Assembly: GCA_039810425.1 (NCBI GenBank)
Contig: JBDHWW010000030.1
Coordinates: 1-37,264, forward strand
Direction of reading: 5' to 3'
Origin: Pseudobdellovibrionaceae bacterium
Lineage (GTDB): Bacteria > Bdellovibrionota > Bdellovibrionia > Bdellovibrionales > Bdellovibrionaceae
DNA length: 37,264 nucleotides
Program-made: the position numbers and the translations under genes
Shown: one piece after another, positions 9,185 to 20,000 of the stretch
How positions within the stretch are numbered: the stretch's first letter is position 1
How the letters are laid out: each line of letters opens with the position of its first letter
The notes under the pieces: generated by a model
The model's input: the letters and a program-made list of their open reading frames with translations, nothing else
Database searches by the model: none
Told to the model about the DNA's origin: nothing

Positions 9185-10588
9185 ATGGCTTTAGATCCGG
9201 AAAGACTCACAAGTATCGATGAATTCGGCGACCGTGCATACATCATTCCCGCAGAAGTCCGGGGATTTTTCCACAAGCACCGTCGCTGGACACAGTTCGT
9301 TTTGCTTGCGATCTTTCTGGGCCTGCCTTGGACCCAAATCAACGGCGAACAAAGTATTTTGCTCAACATCCCCGCCCGCAAGTTTGCGATTTTTGGAATC
9401 ACATTCTGGGCCCACGATGCCCCGTTGATTTTCTTCGTTCTCGCCACCGTCACACTGGGCCTTGCCTTTGTAACTTCCATCTGGGGACGTGTGTGGTGTG
9501 GCTGGGCGTGCCCCCAGACCGTGTTTATTGATGCGGTTTTCCGTCGTATTGAGCAGCTCGTTCAAGGAAACTACATTCAACGGCGGCAACTTCGCCAAGC
9601 AGATATGAGTTTCAAGAAATTTATCAAACTCACATTGACTTGGATTCTTTTTACCCTGGTTTCATCGCTCATCGCGCATAGCTTTGCCGCGTACTTCGTG
9701 GGATCGGAAGCGCTGGTTAAAATGATTCAGGAAAGTCCTTCGCAGCAATGGGATACTTTCTTATTCGTGAGCTTTATGACAGCCGCCGTGCTGTTTGATT
9801 TTGGCTGGTTCCGTGAACAGTTCTGTATCATCATGTGCCCTTACGGCCGCTTCCAAAGCGTCTTACTTGACCAGAAATCGCTTGCGATCGTCTATGACGA
9901 ATCCCGCGGCGAACCCCGCAAAGGCAAAGTTCCTCCGGGGGAAAAACAAGGCGATTGCGTCAGCTGCAATCGTTGCGTGCAAGTCTGCCCGACGGGAATC
10001 GACATCCGCAAAGGCCTGCAAATGGAGTGTATCGCCTGCACGGCCTGTGCTGATGCCTGCGATGAGATCATGACGAAGGTCAAAAAACCGACAGGGTTGA
10101 TTGGTTACAAAACTCTGGATCGCAGCCCGGTGAGTTTGAAAAAACCCCGTTCGATCATTTACATGATCCTTATTCTTCTGTCGGTTTCAGGACTGGCTTA
10201 CAACGTCGCGACCCGCGAAACGGCGCAGGTCTTTGTTCTGCGCGCTAAAGAAGCGCCTTATACTCAAATTAAAAGCGAGACCGGTGAAGATCTGATTCTC
10301 AACCACTTCCGCTTGCAGATTCAAAATCAGAACTTTAAGAAAGCTATTTACTTGCTGCGCCCACCGGCCGACTGGGCAGCGCAAGGCATTGCACTCACGA
10401 TTGCGCAAAATCCGCTCGATCTCGATCCGGGTAAAATGACAGAGTGGCACTTCTTTGTGCGCTTTAAACCGGGCCTTGTTGCCAAAACTGGCCAGCTCAA
10501 AACAAAAATTTTGCTACTTGACCAGAACGAAGTTGAAAAACCGTTTGAAACCGAAAAAGAAATTATTCTCGTAGGACCCAAACAATGA
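9185..10588 (+). CDS. ccoG: cytochrome c oxidase accessory protein CcoG/FixG (4Fe-4S, Cu reductase)
   Basis: GRVWCGWACPQT, FCIIMCPYGRFQ, CVSCNRCVQVCPTG and CIACTACADAC motifs, C-terminal Ig-like domain. Confidence 0.95.
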   Translation: MALDPERLTSIDEFGDRAYIIPAEVRGFFHKHRRWTQFVLLAIFLGLPWTQINGEQSILLNIPARKFAIFGITFWAHDAPLIFFVLATVTLGLAFVTSIWGRVWCGWACPQTVFIDAVFRRIEQLVQGNYIQRRQLRQADMSFKKFIKLTLTWILFTLVSSLIAHSFAAYFVGSEALVKMIQESPSQQWDTFLFVSFMTAAVLFDFGWFREQFCIIMCPYGRFQSVLLDQKSLAIVYDESRGEPRKGKVPPGEKQGDCVSCNRCVQVCPTGIDIRKGLQMECIACTACADACDEIMTKVKKPTGLIGYKTLDRSPVSLKKPRSIIYMILILLSVSGLAYNVATRETAQVFVLRAKEAPYTQIKSETGEDLILNHFRLQIQNQNFKKAIYLLRPPADWAAQGIALTIAQNPLDLDPGKMTEWHFFVRFKPGLVAKTGQLKTKILLLDQNEVEKPFETEKEIILVGPKQ

Positions 10589-11217
10589 GTTCGCTCCTGT
10601 TGCCTCTTGCGATCCTCACTTCGAGTTTTCTCGGAAGCTGGCACTGCGCCGGGATGTGCGGGCCCTTCGCGGCTCTGACGGGATCGCGCGGGCAGCTCTG
10701 GCACTATCACCTCGGCCGCTTGCTGGTGTACGTGGGCCTTGGCGCGCTTGCCGGCTTCTTCGGTGACTTCGTGATGAGTTCGGAATTCCGCTGGGTCCGT
10801 CTGGTCGGCGCGGGTCTGCTGGGCTTCACCCTTATTGCTTTGGGTTTACAGTATTTTTTTTCTTTTGATTGGGGTGCGCGTTCGCATTTTTTTGCGGCGG
10901 CGTTTTTTCAAGATCTCTATCGCCGCCTTCGCGCCTGGAAATTCGGCCGCAGCAGCTTTGTGATTGGGCTCCTGGCGGGTTTGCTGCCCTGCATGTGGCT
11001 TTACACCTACGTGACGGCGGCTGCGGCGAGCAAAAGTCCGTTTGCCGGCGGCCTCCTGATGGCTTTGTTCTGGCTGGGCGGCCTCCCGGCATTGAGCGCC
11101 GTTTCTCTCATGGTGCGCCCATCTATGCTAAAAGCAAATATACGCAAGCAGAAAATTGCCGGCGGAGTTCTTGTCGTGTCTGGGCTCTATGCCTTGGGCT
11201 CCCACTGGCTGGTCTAA
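10585..11217 (+). CDS. DsbD_2 / TauE-SafE-like membrane protein of cco clusters
   Basis: 'GSWHCAGMCGP', 'YHLGRL', 'GLLPC' motifs; ATGA overlap with ccoG. Confidence 0.88.
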   Translation: MSSLLLPLAILTSSFLGSWHCAGMCGPFAALTGSRGQLWHYHLGRLLVYVGLGALAGFFGDFVMSSEFRWVRLVGAGLLGFTLIALGLQYFFSFDWGARSHFFAAAFFQDLYRRLRAWKFGRSSFVIGLLAGLLPCMWLYTYVTAAAASKSPFAGGLLMALFWLGGLPALSAVSLMVRPSMLKANIRKQKIAGGVLVVSGLYALGSHWLV

Positions 11218-11318
11218 GCTCTGCACTCCTGCAATTTTAACAATACCCCCTTGCTTCCATAGTATCTCCCCTCAACCCATGCTAAAAAACAAAAACTTAT
11301 CTAAAAAGAGGAGTTTCT

Positions 11319-12161
11319 ATGAAGGTATGGAGCTTGGCGGGTCTGTTTTTGGCGGGATCTGTTTCATGGGCGGCGACAGACACGACTCCGGTCGTGCAAA
11401 TTAAAAAAGTCGAACTCACGGAAAACTCTGAGTCTTTGTCCTACCCTGCCCGCGTGGAGTCGAGGGTGAGCGGAGCCATCTTAGCCGAAGTTGAGGGCGT
11501 AGTGCGCGAGGTGGTGACCTTAGGTGCGCACGTCAAGAAAGGCCAAGTGCTTTTCAAAATTCAGCAGCTCGATCCGGTTTATCAATACGCTCCGGCAAAA
11601 ATCGTGGCTCCCGTGAGCGGCGTTGTCAGCCAAATCGAAGTGACGGTGGGTACGCAAGTGACTCGCGGTCAACGTATTGCGACGGTGGTTGATCCAAGCC
11701 AATTACGTGTGACTGCTGAAATTCCAGGCAGTGATCTTGAAAAGATCACGCACAAGGCCCAAGTCGCTTTCACAACAAGCTTAATGGAAAAAGCAGAAGA
11801 TCTCTCATTCGAAGGCATCAGCCCGTTGGTGAACCCAACGACGGGGACTGCGACGGCGAACTTGCTTTTCAAAAATAAAAACCCGCGGCTTTCGGCTGGC
11901 AGCATCGGTAAAATTCAAGTGACGTTGAAAAATGGCACTGCGATCCGTGTTTCCGAGCAAGCGGTTGTGTACAAGGGCGCGGTCCCTTATGTGCGCATCG
12001 TGGATGACAAGAGCATTGCGAAGTACAAAGAGGTGGAGCTCGGTTCACGCCAAGCAGGCCTTGTTGAAATCAAAAAGGGACTCTCGGCCAACGACGCTCT
12101 GATCGAGCGTGCAAGCCAGTACGTACAAGACAATAAAGCCGTTAAAATCGAAAAAGACTAA
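11319..12161 (+). CDS. RND efflux periplasmic adaptor (MFP), alpha-hairpin apparently absent
   Basis: Lipoyl half-motifs 'GAHVKKGQVLFKI' and 'IVAPVSGVV', beta-barrel and MP domain ('VELG...VEIKKGL'); Sec-type signal peptide; GAGGAG SD. Confidence 0.88.
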   Translation: MKVWSLAGLFLAGSVSWAATDTTPVVQIKKVELTENSESLSYPARVESRVSGAILAEVEGVVREVVTLGAHVKKGQVLFKIQQLDPVYQYAPAKIVAPVSGVVSQIEVTVGTQVTRGQRIATVVDPSQLRVTAEIPGSDLEKITHKAQVAFTTSLMEKAEDLSFEGISPLVNPTTGTATANLLFKNKNPRLSAGSIGKIQVTLKNGTAIRVSEQAVVYKGAVPYVRIVDDKSIAKYKEVELGSRQAGLVEIKKGLSANDALIERASQYVQDNKAVKIEKD

Positions 12162-12163
12162 AA

Positions 12164-15100
12164 ATGAAATCTCTGTATGCAAGCCCGCTTCGCGTTTATC
12201 TTCTTCTCGGGGTCTTAAGTCTTATTGGTATTGTCTGCGGTCTCAGTCTTCCGGTTTCGCTTTTTCCCAACAGTAGCAAGCCCGTCATTCAGGCGCAGAT
12301 TCCATACGGCGACATGACGGCGCGCCAGTTCCTGGATAGCTATGGCCGCAATCTCGAGTACAGCTTAGGCTCGCTCAATACCAAGTTAGTAAAAACCGAG
12401 GGTATCGAGGCCAATTACAACAAAGGCCAGGTTTCTTACCGCATTGATTTTCCGTGGGACACTCCCCCGAACGATGCCATCAAAGAGGTTGAAAACCTGG
12501 TGAACCAAGTAACGGCTTCCATGCCGGAAGAAGTTCGGCGTGGCACCGGCGTTTTCACCTGGAATGAAAACACCGGCTTTTTTGCGGCGAGCTTCTATAG
12601 CCCCAAGCGCAACCTTGATGATCTTTACAAAATTTTAGACCCGATCCTGAGTCCCGATCTTAAAAAAGTTCAAGACGCGGCGGAGGCGACTCTGTGGAAT
12701 CCGGCGAAGAAGGAAATCCAGATTGAAATCAATCCTGACGCGTTGACGGAGTACCAGCTCTTGCCGGTGGATATCACTCGCGCGGTGATGGTGGCGATGG
12801 AAAGCTATCAGGGCGGCAACGTTCAAATCGCGACAAAGTGGCTGCAAGTCATCGTTCGCAGCGCTGTGATGGACATCGACGATCTGTCGCGCGTTTTAAT
12901 TACGACTCCGCAGGGCCGCACCATTCACCTGACTCATGTGGCAAAGATCGATTACACGACTCCAGTTGACCAAACCCGCGTGATTCGTACCAGCGGTGCG
13001 CTCAGTGTGATTCTGTTTGCCTCGCCAAAATCCGGCGGCAATATCAAGAAAATGTCTGAAGAGATCGTTCAGATCGTCGAATCTAAAAAACATCTCTTGC
13101 CGCCGGATATCGAATACAAGGTGATGGTCGATCCATCGGAGTTCATCCGCTCATCTGTGAGTAACGTGCTTCACGAGGTTGGCATCGCTGCGGGACTTGC
13201 GGTTTTGGTTTTGTTCTTATTCATCGGAAGCTTTAAGAACGTCGTCACCGCGGCGATTGAAATTCCGATGAGCATCGTGTTGGCTTTTATTTTAATGAAG
13301 CTCACCAATATGAACTTGAACTTGATCTCGCTGGGCGGTTTGGCGCTGTCGGCGGGAATGAACGTCGACGGCTCGGTCGTGGTGATGGAAAACATTTTCC
13401 GCCACTTTGAAAAGGCCAACGCCAATATCAGCTATAAAGAAAAGCTCGATATTTTGCTTGAGGCCGTGAACGAAGTAAAACTCCCGATTATTGCCTCAAC
13501 GGTTGCGTCGATTGTGGTGTTTGCGCCCCTGATCTTTACCCGCGGGCTGAGCTCAGCGATTCTGGGTGACTTGGCAAAAGCCGTGGTATTTTCACACGGC
13601 CTTTCGGCGATAGTCGCTTTGGTTCTCGTGCCGACGGTGCGTTTGCAAATGATGAAGAGCGAAAGTCATTTCCATGTGACTTCGCCGATCGAGAAGTACT
13701 TCGTCATGCTGGAAAATTTCTATGCACGCACTTTGGATTTATTTTTGCAAAAATCAAACTGGCGAAAAGGCGTTTATGCCGGCCTCGTCGTTTTATTGCT
13801 CGTATTGGTTCAGTTCGTGCTTCCGCGCTTACCGAAAGAAATCATCGGGACCCCGGATACCGACTGGGTGATTGTCGGCATGAGCGTGCAAGGCAATACC
13901 CTGGTCCGCCAGATGGAAACACAGAGTGAGGAAACCGAAGCAAGGCTCCTGAAGTATCTTGAGGGACAAGTGCTTTACACTTTCACTCAAATCAACAGCC
14001 CTGGCAATTGCACCATCATGCTTCGCCTCAAAAACAAAAAGGACGTTGCCAAGACCGTCAAGGACATCGAGAGCGAGTTCCCCAACTCGCCGACCGTGAA
14101 TTACTGGGTCAACCAATGGAATCCATCGGAGTTGCCCCTGCCCGATCCAGAAAACCTGTTGATTTCCGTTCGTGGTGATGACGCCGGTAAAATGGTGCTC
14201 GCCACAAAAGAAATCAACGACACGCTTCAAGAAAAGCAATACTACCGCAGGCTTTGGGCCCGCCCTGAGACCGACAATCCTGAAGGTATTGCCGTTCAAC
14301 CGCGCTTGGAACTGTGGCCCGAGATTGCTAAGGCCGGCTCCCGCGTCAGCCCGTCAGACTTAGCGGATTACAGCCGTGTCGCGACCGAGGGCCGAACGAT
14401 CGGCTACCTCACGATGGATAACCGTTTAACGGCGATCCGCCTGAAATACCCGACGGAATACGTAAAAAGCGCTGAAGACCTGGGCGCCTTGCCACTCAGC
14501 GTGGCGGGTAAGTTAATTCCGCTCAAGGCGCTCGCGAATATCACGATTGAAAAAATCCTTCCTTCTATTTTGCGCGTGGATCAAGAGCCGCAGTACTTGA
14601 TCTATGGACGCCTGAAGAAAGAAGAAAAATCGCAATCAAAAGATTTTCTTAAAAAAGCGCAGGCCGATGTTGAGGAATGGAAAAAGAAAAGTGCGGTCGC
14701 TAAGGACGTCTCGGTCAGTTTTGAAAATCCTGAAAAAGAAGTCGACGAGGCCATTCATCAGCTGACTTGGGCGCTAGCGATCAGTACCGGTTTGATTTTG
14801 CTGACGATGATCCTGCAGTTGGGGCACGTCGCGAACTCCGTTCTGGTATTTATGGCGGTGCCACTGGGTCTCATCGGTGTTCTTCTGTCGCTCTTTATCT
14901 TTAGAAGTACATTGTCATTGAACTCTCTGCTCGGCGTGATTCTGCTCAACGGGATTGCCGTGGCAAACAGTATTATCCTGGTCGACTTCCTGACCCGGCT
15001 TGTGGAAAAGGGCAGGAAACCCCATGAAGCAGCCCTTGAAGCGGCTCGCACGCGTTTGCGTCCGATTCTGATGACATCTCTGACGACAACTCTGGGAATG

Positions 15101-15265
15101 TTGCCGATTGCTTTGGGATTTGGCGAGGGCGGAAGAATTTTGCAGCCGCTCGGGATCGCAGTGAGCGGCGGTTTAGGTGTTTCGATGCTGTTAACCCTGT
15201 ACGTTGTCCCGGCTCTGCAGGTGAGTTATTTGAATTGGACGGCGAAAAGGAATCAGAAACAATGA
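12164..15265 (+). CDS. RND transporter permease (AcrB/AcrD/AcrF family)
   Basis: 1033 aa; TM4 'GMNVDGSVVVMENI', 'RLRPILMTSLTT', two large periplasmic loops. Confidence 0.95.
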   Translation: MKSLYASPLRVYLLLGVLSLIGIVCGLSLPVSLFPNSSKPVIQAQIPYGDMTARQFLDSYGRNLEYSLGSLNTKLVKTEGIEANYNKGQVSYRIDFPWDTPPNDAIKEVENLVNQVTASMPEEVRRGTGVFTWNENTGFFAASFYSPKRNLDDLYKILDPILSPDLKKVQDAAEATLWNPAKKEIQIEINPDALTEYQLLPVDITRAVMVAMESYQGGNVQIATKWLQVIVRSAVMDIDDLSRVLITTPQGRTIHLTHVAKIDYTTPVDQTRVIRTSGALSVILFASPKSGGNIKKMSEEIVQIVESKKHLLPPDIEYKVMVDPSEFIRSSVSNVLHEVGIAAGLAVLVLFLFIGSFKNVVTAAIEIPMSIVLAFILMKLTNMNLNLISLGGLALSAGMNVDGSVVVMENIFRHFEKANANISYKEKLDILLEAVNEVKLPIIASTVASIVVFAPLIFTRGLSSAILGDLAKAVVFSHGLSAIVALVLVPTVRLQMMKSESHFHVTSPIEKYFVMLENFYARTLDLFLQKSNWRKGVYAGLVVLLLVLVQFVLPRLPKEIIGTPDTDWVIVGMSVQGNTLVRQMETQSEETEARLLKYLEGQVLYTFTQINSPGNCTIMLRLKNKKDVAKTVKDIESEFPNSPTVNYWVNQWNPSELPLPDPENLLISVRGDDAGKMVLATKEINDTLQEKQYYRRLWARPETDNPEGIAVQPRLELWPEIAKAGSRVSPSDLADYSRVATEGRTIGYLTMDNRLTAIRLKYPTEYVKSAEDLGALPLSVAGKLIPLKALANITIEKILPSILRVDQEPQYLIYGRLKKEEKSQSKDFLKKAQADVEEWKKKSAVAKDVSVSFENPEKEVDEAIHQLTWALAISTGLILLTMILQLGHVANSVLVFMAVPLGLIGVLLSLFIFRSTLSLNSLLGVILLNGIAVANSIILVDFLTRLVEKGRKPHEAALEAARTRLRPILMTSLTTTLGMLPIALGFGEGGRILQPLGIAVSGGLGVSMLLTLYVVPALQVSYLNWTAKRNQKQ

Positions 15266-16512
15266 AAATCATCGCAGCTATCGGAATTTTGACACTGGCC
15301 ATGCAAACGTCTGCGCAGGTAAAGCTGGGCTTTGAGGACGCCGTGAACGGTGCCGTCAAAAAAATCGAAGAAGTTCAAGCCAAGGAATCCGAACTCCGTT
15401 CTGCTGAAAGTGCCCGCCTGCAATCGCAAATGCGTTTCTTGCCTGACTTGAGTCTTTCAGGAACTTATTTGGAGATCGGCCCCGATCTCGACAATCATTA
15501 TGTTTCACGCAGCTATGGACTTCGCTCGAACTGGAATCTCTTCCGTTTTGGCGGTGATTACTTCTACTACCGAGCCGCCGATTCAGCAACCACCAGTCTT
15601 CGCTGGGATTTGCAGGCCACCAAGATCCGCATGGAGGGGGCCATCGCGGGAAAAGCCTTGGATTATATCTCGGCTCACTTAGAAACCGAGATCCGCAAAA
15701 AAATCACCGAGGCACAAAGAGTTTACTTGAATGTCGCTGAAAAGCGTTACAGCAAAGGGATCCTTTCGCGCCAAGAATTAGATCAGGTCACCATCGACTT
15801 AAAGAATGCCGAAGCCCGCGTAACAGATGCTGAGTTGGCTGAAGTTCAAGCTAAAGAAGCACTTCAGGTCTACATCCCAGGTGTTGAAATTGAAACAGCT
15901 TGGCCGTGGGCTGTTCAGCTTAGAAAAATGAAAAAGAAGACTTTGAGTTTTTCTGCGCAAAACCATCCCGAGTGGCAGACATTCCAAAACAAAACGGACG
16001 CTGCGGACTATGCACGCAAGAGCAAGTTTGCTGAGATCTTCCCGTCTTTGGACTTTACCCTCACATACGGCAACGAGCGCAGTGCTGCGACCAACGATCT
16101 TTGGACTCCGCAATGGGTGGGCGGCGTGACCTTGACAGTTCCGCTGTTCAGCCGTTTAGAAAACTACACCGCTTACCGCCAGGCGGCCGAACTCAAACTT
16201 CGCAGCGAACTGGACCTGCAACGTTCGCAACGAGACCTCGAGGCGCAATGGAAGGTGTCTGAAAACGACTTTCGCGTTCAGCTCGATTCGGCCCTGACCC
16301 GTGAGCAGACTTTGAAAATTTCCAGCAACCTATATCAGGACAACTTGAAGCGCTTCCAGGCCGGCCGCAGCACCGCCAATGATCTCTTGAATGATCAGGA
16401 GCGCTACTACCAGTCACAGCTCTTATCCATCCAAGGCTGGAAGGCCGCGCACTCGTCGTATATCCGCCTCTGTCACTCGCTCGGCCAACTTGCCAGCGAG
16501 TGCAGACTTTAA
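15262..16512 (+). CDS. TolC family outer membrane protein
   Basis: Two OEP-like repeats ('FLPDLSL...RYSKGILS', 'FPSLDF...RFQAGRST'); signal peptide; ATGA overlap with the pump gene. Confidence 0.9.
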   Translation: MKIIAAIGILTLAMQTSAQVKLGFEDAVNGAVKKIEEVQAKESELRSAESARLQSQMRFLPDLSLSGTYLEIGPDLDNHYVSRSYGLRSNWNLFRFGGDYFYYRAADSATTSLRWDLQATKIRMEGAIAGKALDYISAHLETEIRKKITEAQRVYLNVAEKRYSKGILSRQELDQVTIDLKNAEARVTDAELAEVQAKEALQVYIPGVEIETAWPWAVQLRKMKKKTLSFSAQNHPEWQTFQNKTDAADYARKSKFAEIFPSLDFTLTYGNERSAATNDLWTPQWVGGVTLTVPLFSRLENYTAYRQAAELKLRSELDLQRSQRDLEAQWKVSENDFRVQLDSALTREQTLKISSNLYQDNLKRFQAGRSTANDLLNDQERYYQSQLLSIQGWKAAHSSYIRLCHSLGQLASECRL

Positions 16513-16585
16513 AAACGGCCCCTTTAATGTTGATAAGGGGGAGCTGGCCCACGCCGACGCCGACGCCGACCGTCCGCCATCCTGT
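16511..16585. repeat. Intergenic repeat element copy A (left terminal motif AAAAACGGCCCCT plus core, with ACGCCG x3)
   Basis: Core GAGCTGGC...CCGACG.CCG.CC...CC.TCCTGT shared with 26148-26187; CCCCTT/AAGGGG hairpin 16519-16540. Confidence 0.5.
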
Positions 16586-16648
16586 ATCTTAAAGACAAGT
16601 ACTAGATAACTAAAAACGTCTTCGAATTCACGCGCTTTTGGTCAGATC

Positions 16649-16999
16649 TTAGACGAGATCACGGCCGTTAAACTTCATGATTTCGAACTTATCGATATCA
16701 ACATGGTCGAGGCAGCGGGCATTGATCGCGCGCGAGACTTCACCGCCCGGCTTTTTACCCATGCCGAAAGGGCCGATTCCGCAGTTCGTGCAGAAGTAGT
16801 GATGAATCACTTTCTTATTGAACAAATATTCTTTTAAAGAGTCTTCACCCTTTAAAAGTTTAAACTGACTTTCTGGCGCAAACGCCAGCAAGTGGCCTTT
16901 CTTGTGACAGATAGAACAGTTGCAAGAAATGAGCTTATCAATCTCCATTTCAACTTCGAAGCGGACATTGCCACAGTGACAACCGCCGGTGTATTTCAT
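16649..16999 (-). CDS. GFA / CENP-V family Zn protein
   Basis: MKYTGGCHCG, CNCSIC, FCTNCG motifs; AGGAG SD before ATG 16999. Confidence 0.92.
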   Translation of the reverse strand: MKYTGGCHCGNVRFEVEMEIDKLISCNCSICHKKGHLLAFAPESQFKLLKGEDSLKEYLFNKKVIHHYFCTNCGIGPFGMGKKPGGEVSRAINARCLDHVDIDKFEIMKFNGRDLV

Positions 17000-17046
17000 A
17001 TTTTTCTCCTTGAATTCAAAAATTTTAAGCTGGCCATCGTATTGAT

Positions 17047-20000
17047 TCAATAAAAATACTGCGTGGGCTCTAGCGGCAACGGTGTCGTATCCAAGTGCGC
17101 GGTATTCCATACGGGCTTAATCCTATCGACGAGTAAACTCGTGGTATTTCCGTCCTTCTGCACCACTCCGCCCACTGTAATGAAGCAATGATTCAGAAAT
17201 ACTTCGCGGTATTTTTCAAAATTCTTGCGCCACAGAATAATATCAATGAACCCGAACTCATCTTCCATTGTGCAGAAGCAAACGCCCTTTGCGGTCGGCG
17301 GTTTTTGTCGGATCAAAACCAAACCCGTCACGGTGAGCCTTCGGCCATTTACAGATTCGCGCAATGTTTTAGAAGTGTCTTTAGCAATCCCCGGCAGGTT
17401 CTTACGGATTTCTGCCATTGGATGACCGTGGGTGGAAATCGAAAAGGCCTCGTAATCGGTTTGAATTTTTTCAAAACCATCCAGCTTCTGAAACCCAATT
17501 TGCGTCGATGACATCGGAACGACTTCTAGATCACTAAAAAAGCTCAACTGGTTTCCAACCGGCTTTTGAAACATATTTTGATATTCAAGCACAGCCCACA
17601 GCGCTTCGCGCGTGTCCCATTGGAATTCTTCAAAACGGCCGGCCATGGCCATCCTATGTAGAACCTCCTTTTTCAGCTTTGAGCGGCGAACAAAATCCCC
17701 GAGGCTGCGGAATCGCTCGCGCCTCCGCTCTTGTATCAAAAAATCGACATCTTTCTTGGCAATACCGTTTGTCACCCGAAAGCCCAGGCGAATCGTATGG
17801 GGCCCCGCAATCGCGCAATCCCATTCAGAGTGCAGCACCGACACTGGCAAAACTCTGACACCATGCCTAAGGGCATCGTAAATAATCGTATCGTTACGAT
17901 AGAATCCCATCGGCTGGCTATTCACAAGCGAGCAGGCAAACTCCGCCGGATGATGGCATTTCAAATAGCAACTGGCGTAGGCGAGCAGCGCAAATGAGGC
18001 CGAGTGGCTTTCTGGAAAACCGTAATGGCTGAAACCTTGAATCTGATCAAAGATCTGATTGGCAAAGGCCTCGGTCATTCCGTTATTGAGGAGTCCTCGC
18101 TTAAGTCGGTCGGCCATAACACCAATAGGAGCACTACTACGCCAAGCATTGATAGATTTACGAAGGACATCGGCTTCTCCTGGGGTAAAGTTCGCGAGAT
18201 CAATCGCGAGTTTCATAATCTGTTCTTGGAACAAGGGTACGCCCAATGTTTTACCAAGCACGCGTTTCACGACTTCATTGGGATATTCAATTTTTTCAAG
18301 TCCCCGCCGGCGCTTAAGATACGGGTGAATCATATTGCCGACAATGGGACCAGGACGGACAATGGCGACTTCGACAACAAGATCATAAAAATTCCGTGGC
18401 TTAAGCCGTCCCAGCATCTGCATCTGCGCCCGCGATTCGATCTGAAAGGTTCCGACGGTGTCGCGCTCACAAATCATATCGTAGGTTGCTTTGTCATCCT
18501 GTGGAATTTCATAGAGCTTCTTTCCCGTCAGTTTCAAAGATTTTTGTAAACAACTGAGCATTCCGAGCGAAAGAATATCCACTTTGATAAGCCCTAAAGT
18601 ATCTAAGTCATACTTATCCCATTGAATAATAGTGCGCCCATCCATACGAGCAGGTTCAACAGGCACAATATCCACAATTGGGTCTGCACTGAGTGTGAAC
18701 CCTCCGCTATGAATGGAAATATGGCGTGGGAAATTAATAATCGCATCGGTAATTGTGTCGATTTTTTGGCGTAACTTCCCGGGCTCTGGCGTATCTTTAA
18801 CGAGTTCATTGAAATCCCTTTCTACTTTCTTTGCTGAAAGCGCGCCGACAGACAGTCCAAAAGCTTTGCAAACCTCACGAAAAGCGCTGCGATTCTGATA
18901 AGTAATCACAGCACTCACCATGGCCGCGCGATGGCGACCATACTTTTCGTAAATGTACTGAATCACCTCTTCCCGGCGTTCATGCTCAAAATCGATATCA
19001 ATATCCGGCGGCTCACCACGCTCGACACTAATAAAGCGTTCAAATAAAAGATCCATCTGTATCGGATCAATCGCCGTAATTCCCAGCACGTAACACACCA
19101 CCGAGTTTGCTGCCGAGCCACGGCCCTGGCAGAGAATATCTTTTTTCTTTGCGAACTCGACGATGTCATAAATCGTTAAAAAATAATCTGCGAATTTAAG
19201 CTCCTGAATGAGGCTAAGCTCATGCAGGAGCTGCTGCTTTACCCGGTCGGACATCCCCTTCGGGTAGCGCTCCGGCGCATTTTTCCAAATCAGGTGTTCC
19301 AAGTAAGACTGAGCCTCGAACCCCACTGGAATCCATTCCGACGGATAGCGATAGCGCAATTCCGACGGAGAAAATGTACAGGCTTGTGCGATTTCCAGGG
19401 TCTTTAAGAGCGACCCCGGAAAATCCTTATAGAGTAATTCCATTTGCGCAGGTGTTTTGAGGTATCTCTCGGCGTTCGGCTGAAGTTTAAAGCCGATTTC
19501 CTGCAATGTTTTTCCTTCACGGATTGAAATCAAAACATCCTGAATCATCTTTCGCTTATTCTCGTGATACTCCACATCATTTGATGCCACAAGTGGCAGA
19601 TCAAAATACCGTGAGTACTCTGTCAGCTCCGCGACCCGCTTCTTGTCGTTGCCATCCAAATAAATGGTCAAAGGCAAAGACACTTGCGCGGCACCGAAGA
19701 CTTCTTTCAGATCACCGACGCGAGTTTCTTTAGAAACTCTTGGCAAGACAAAAACCTCTGGCGACTTTTGCATTCCCAAAAACTCTAAAAAGGTCGAAAA
19801 CTCCAAATGAGTTTTTCCTTTTTCATTGCCGCGCTTTGCTTTTGTCAGCAACTGGCAGATGCGGCCATAGGATGCGCGGGTTTGAGCGAGCACCGTGATA
19901 TTCGGATGATCTACAAACACGCATTCAGTACCGACAAGATACTTAAAATCAGGATGACCTTTAGCAACCTGGTAACCTCTTGGCATTCCATACACACCAT

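Noticed and set aside
16649..17110. Longer ORF-track starts (GFA 17110; also 2700, 6263, 15235, 24679, 27360, 29738, 32388)
   Set aside because: Downstream starts have SD or -10 support and match family N-termini; extensions overlap neighbours or promoters
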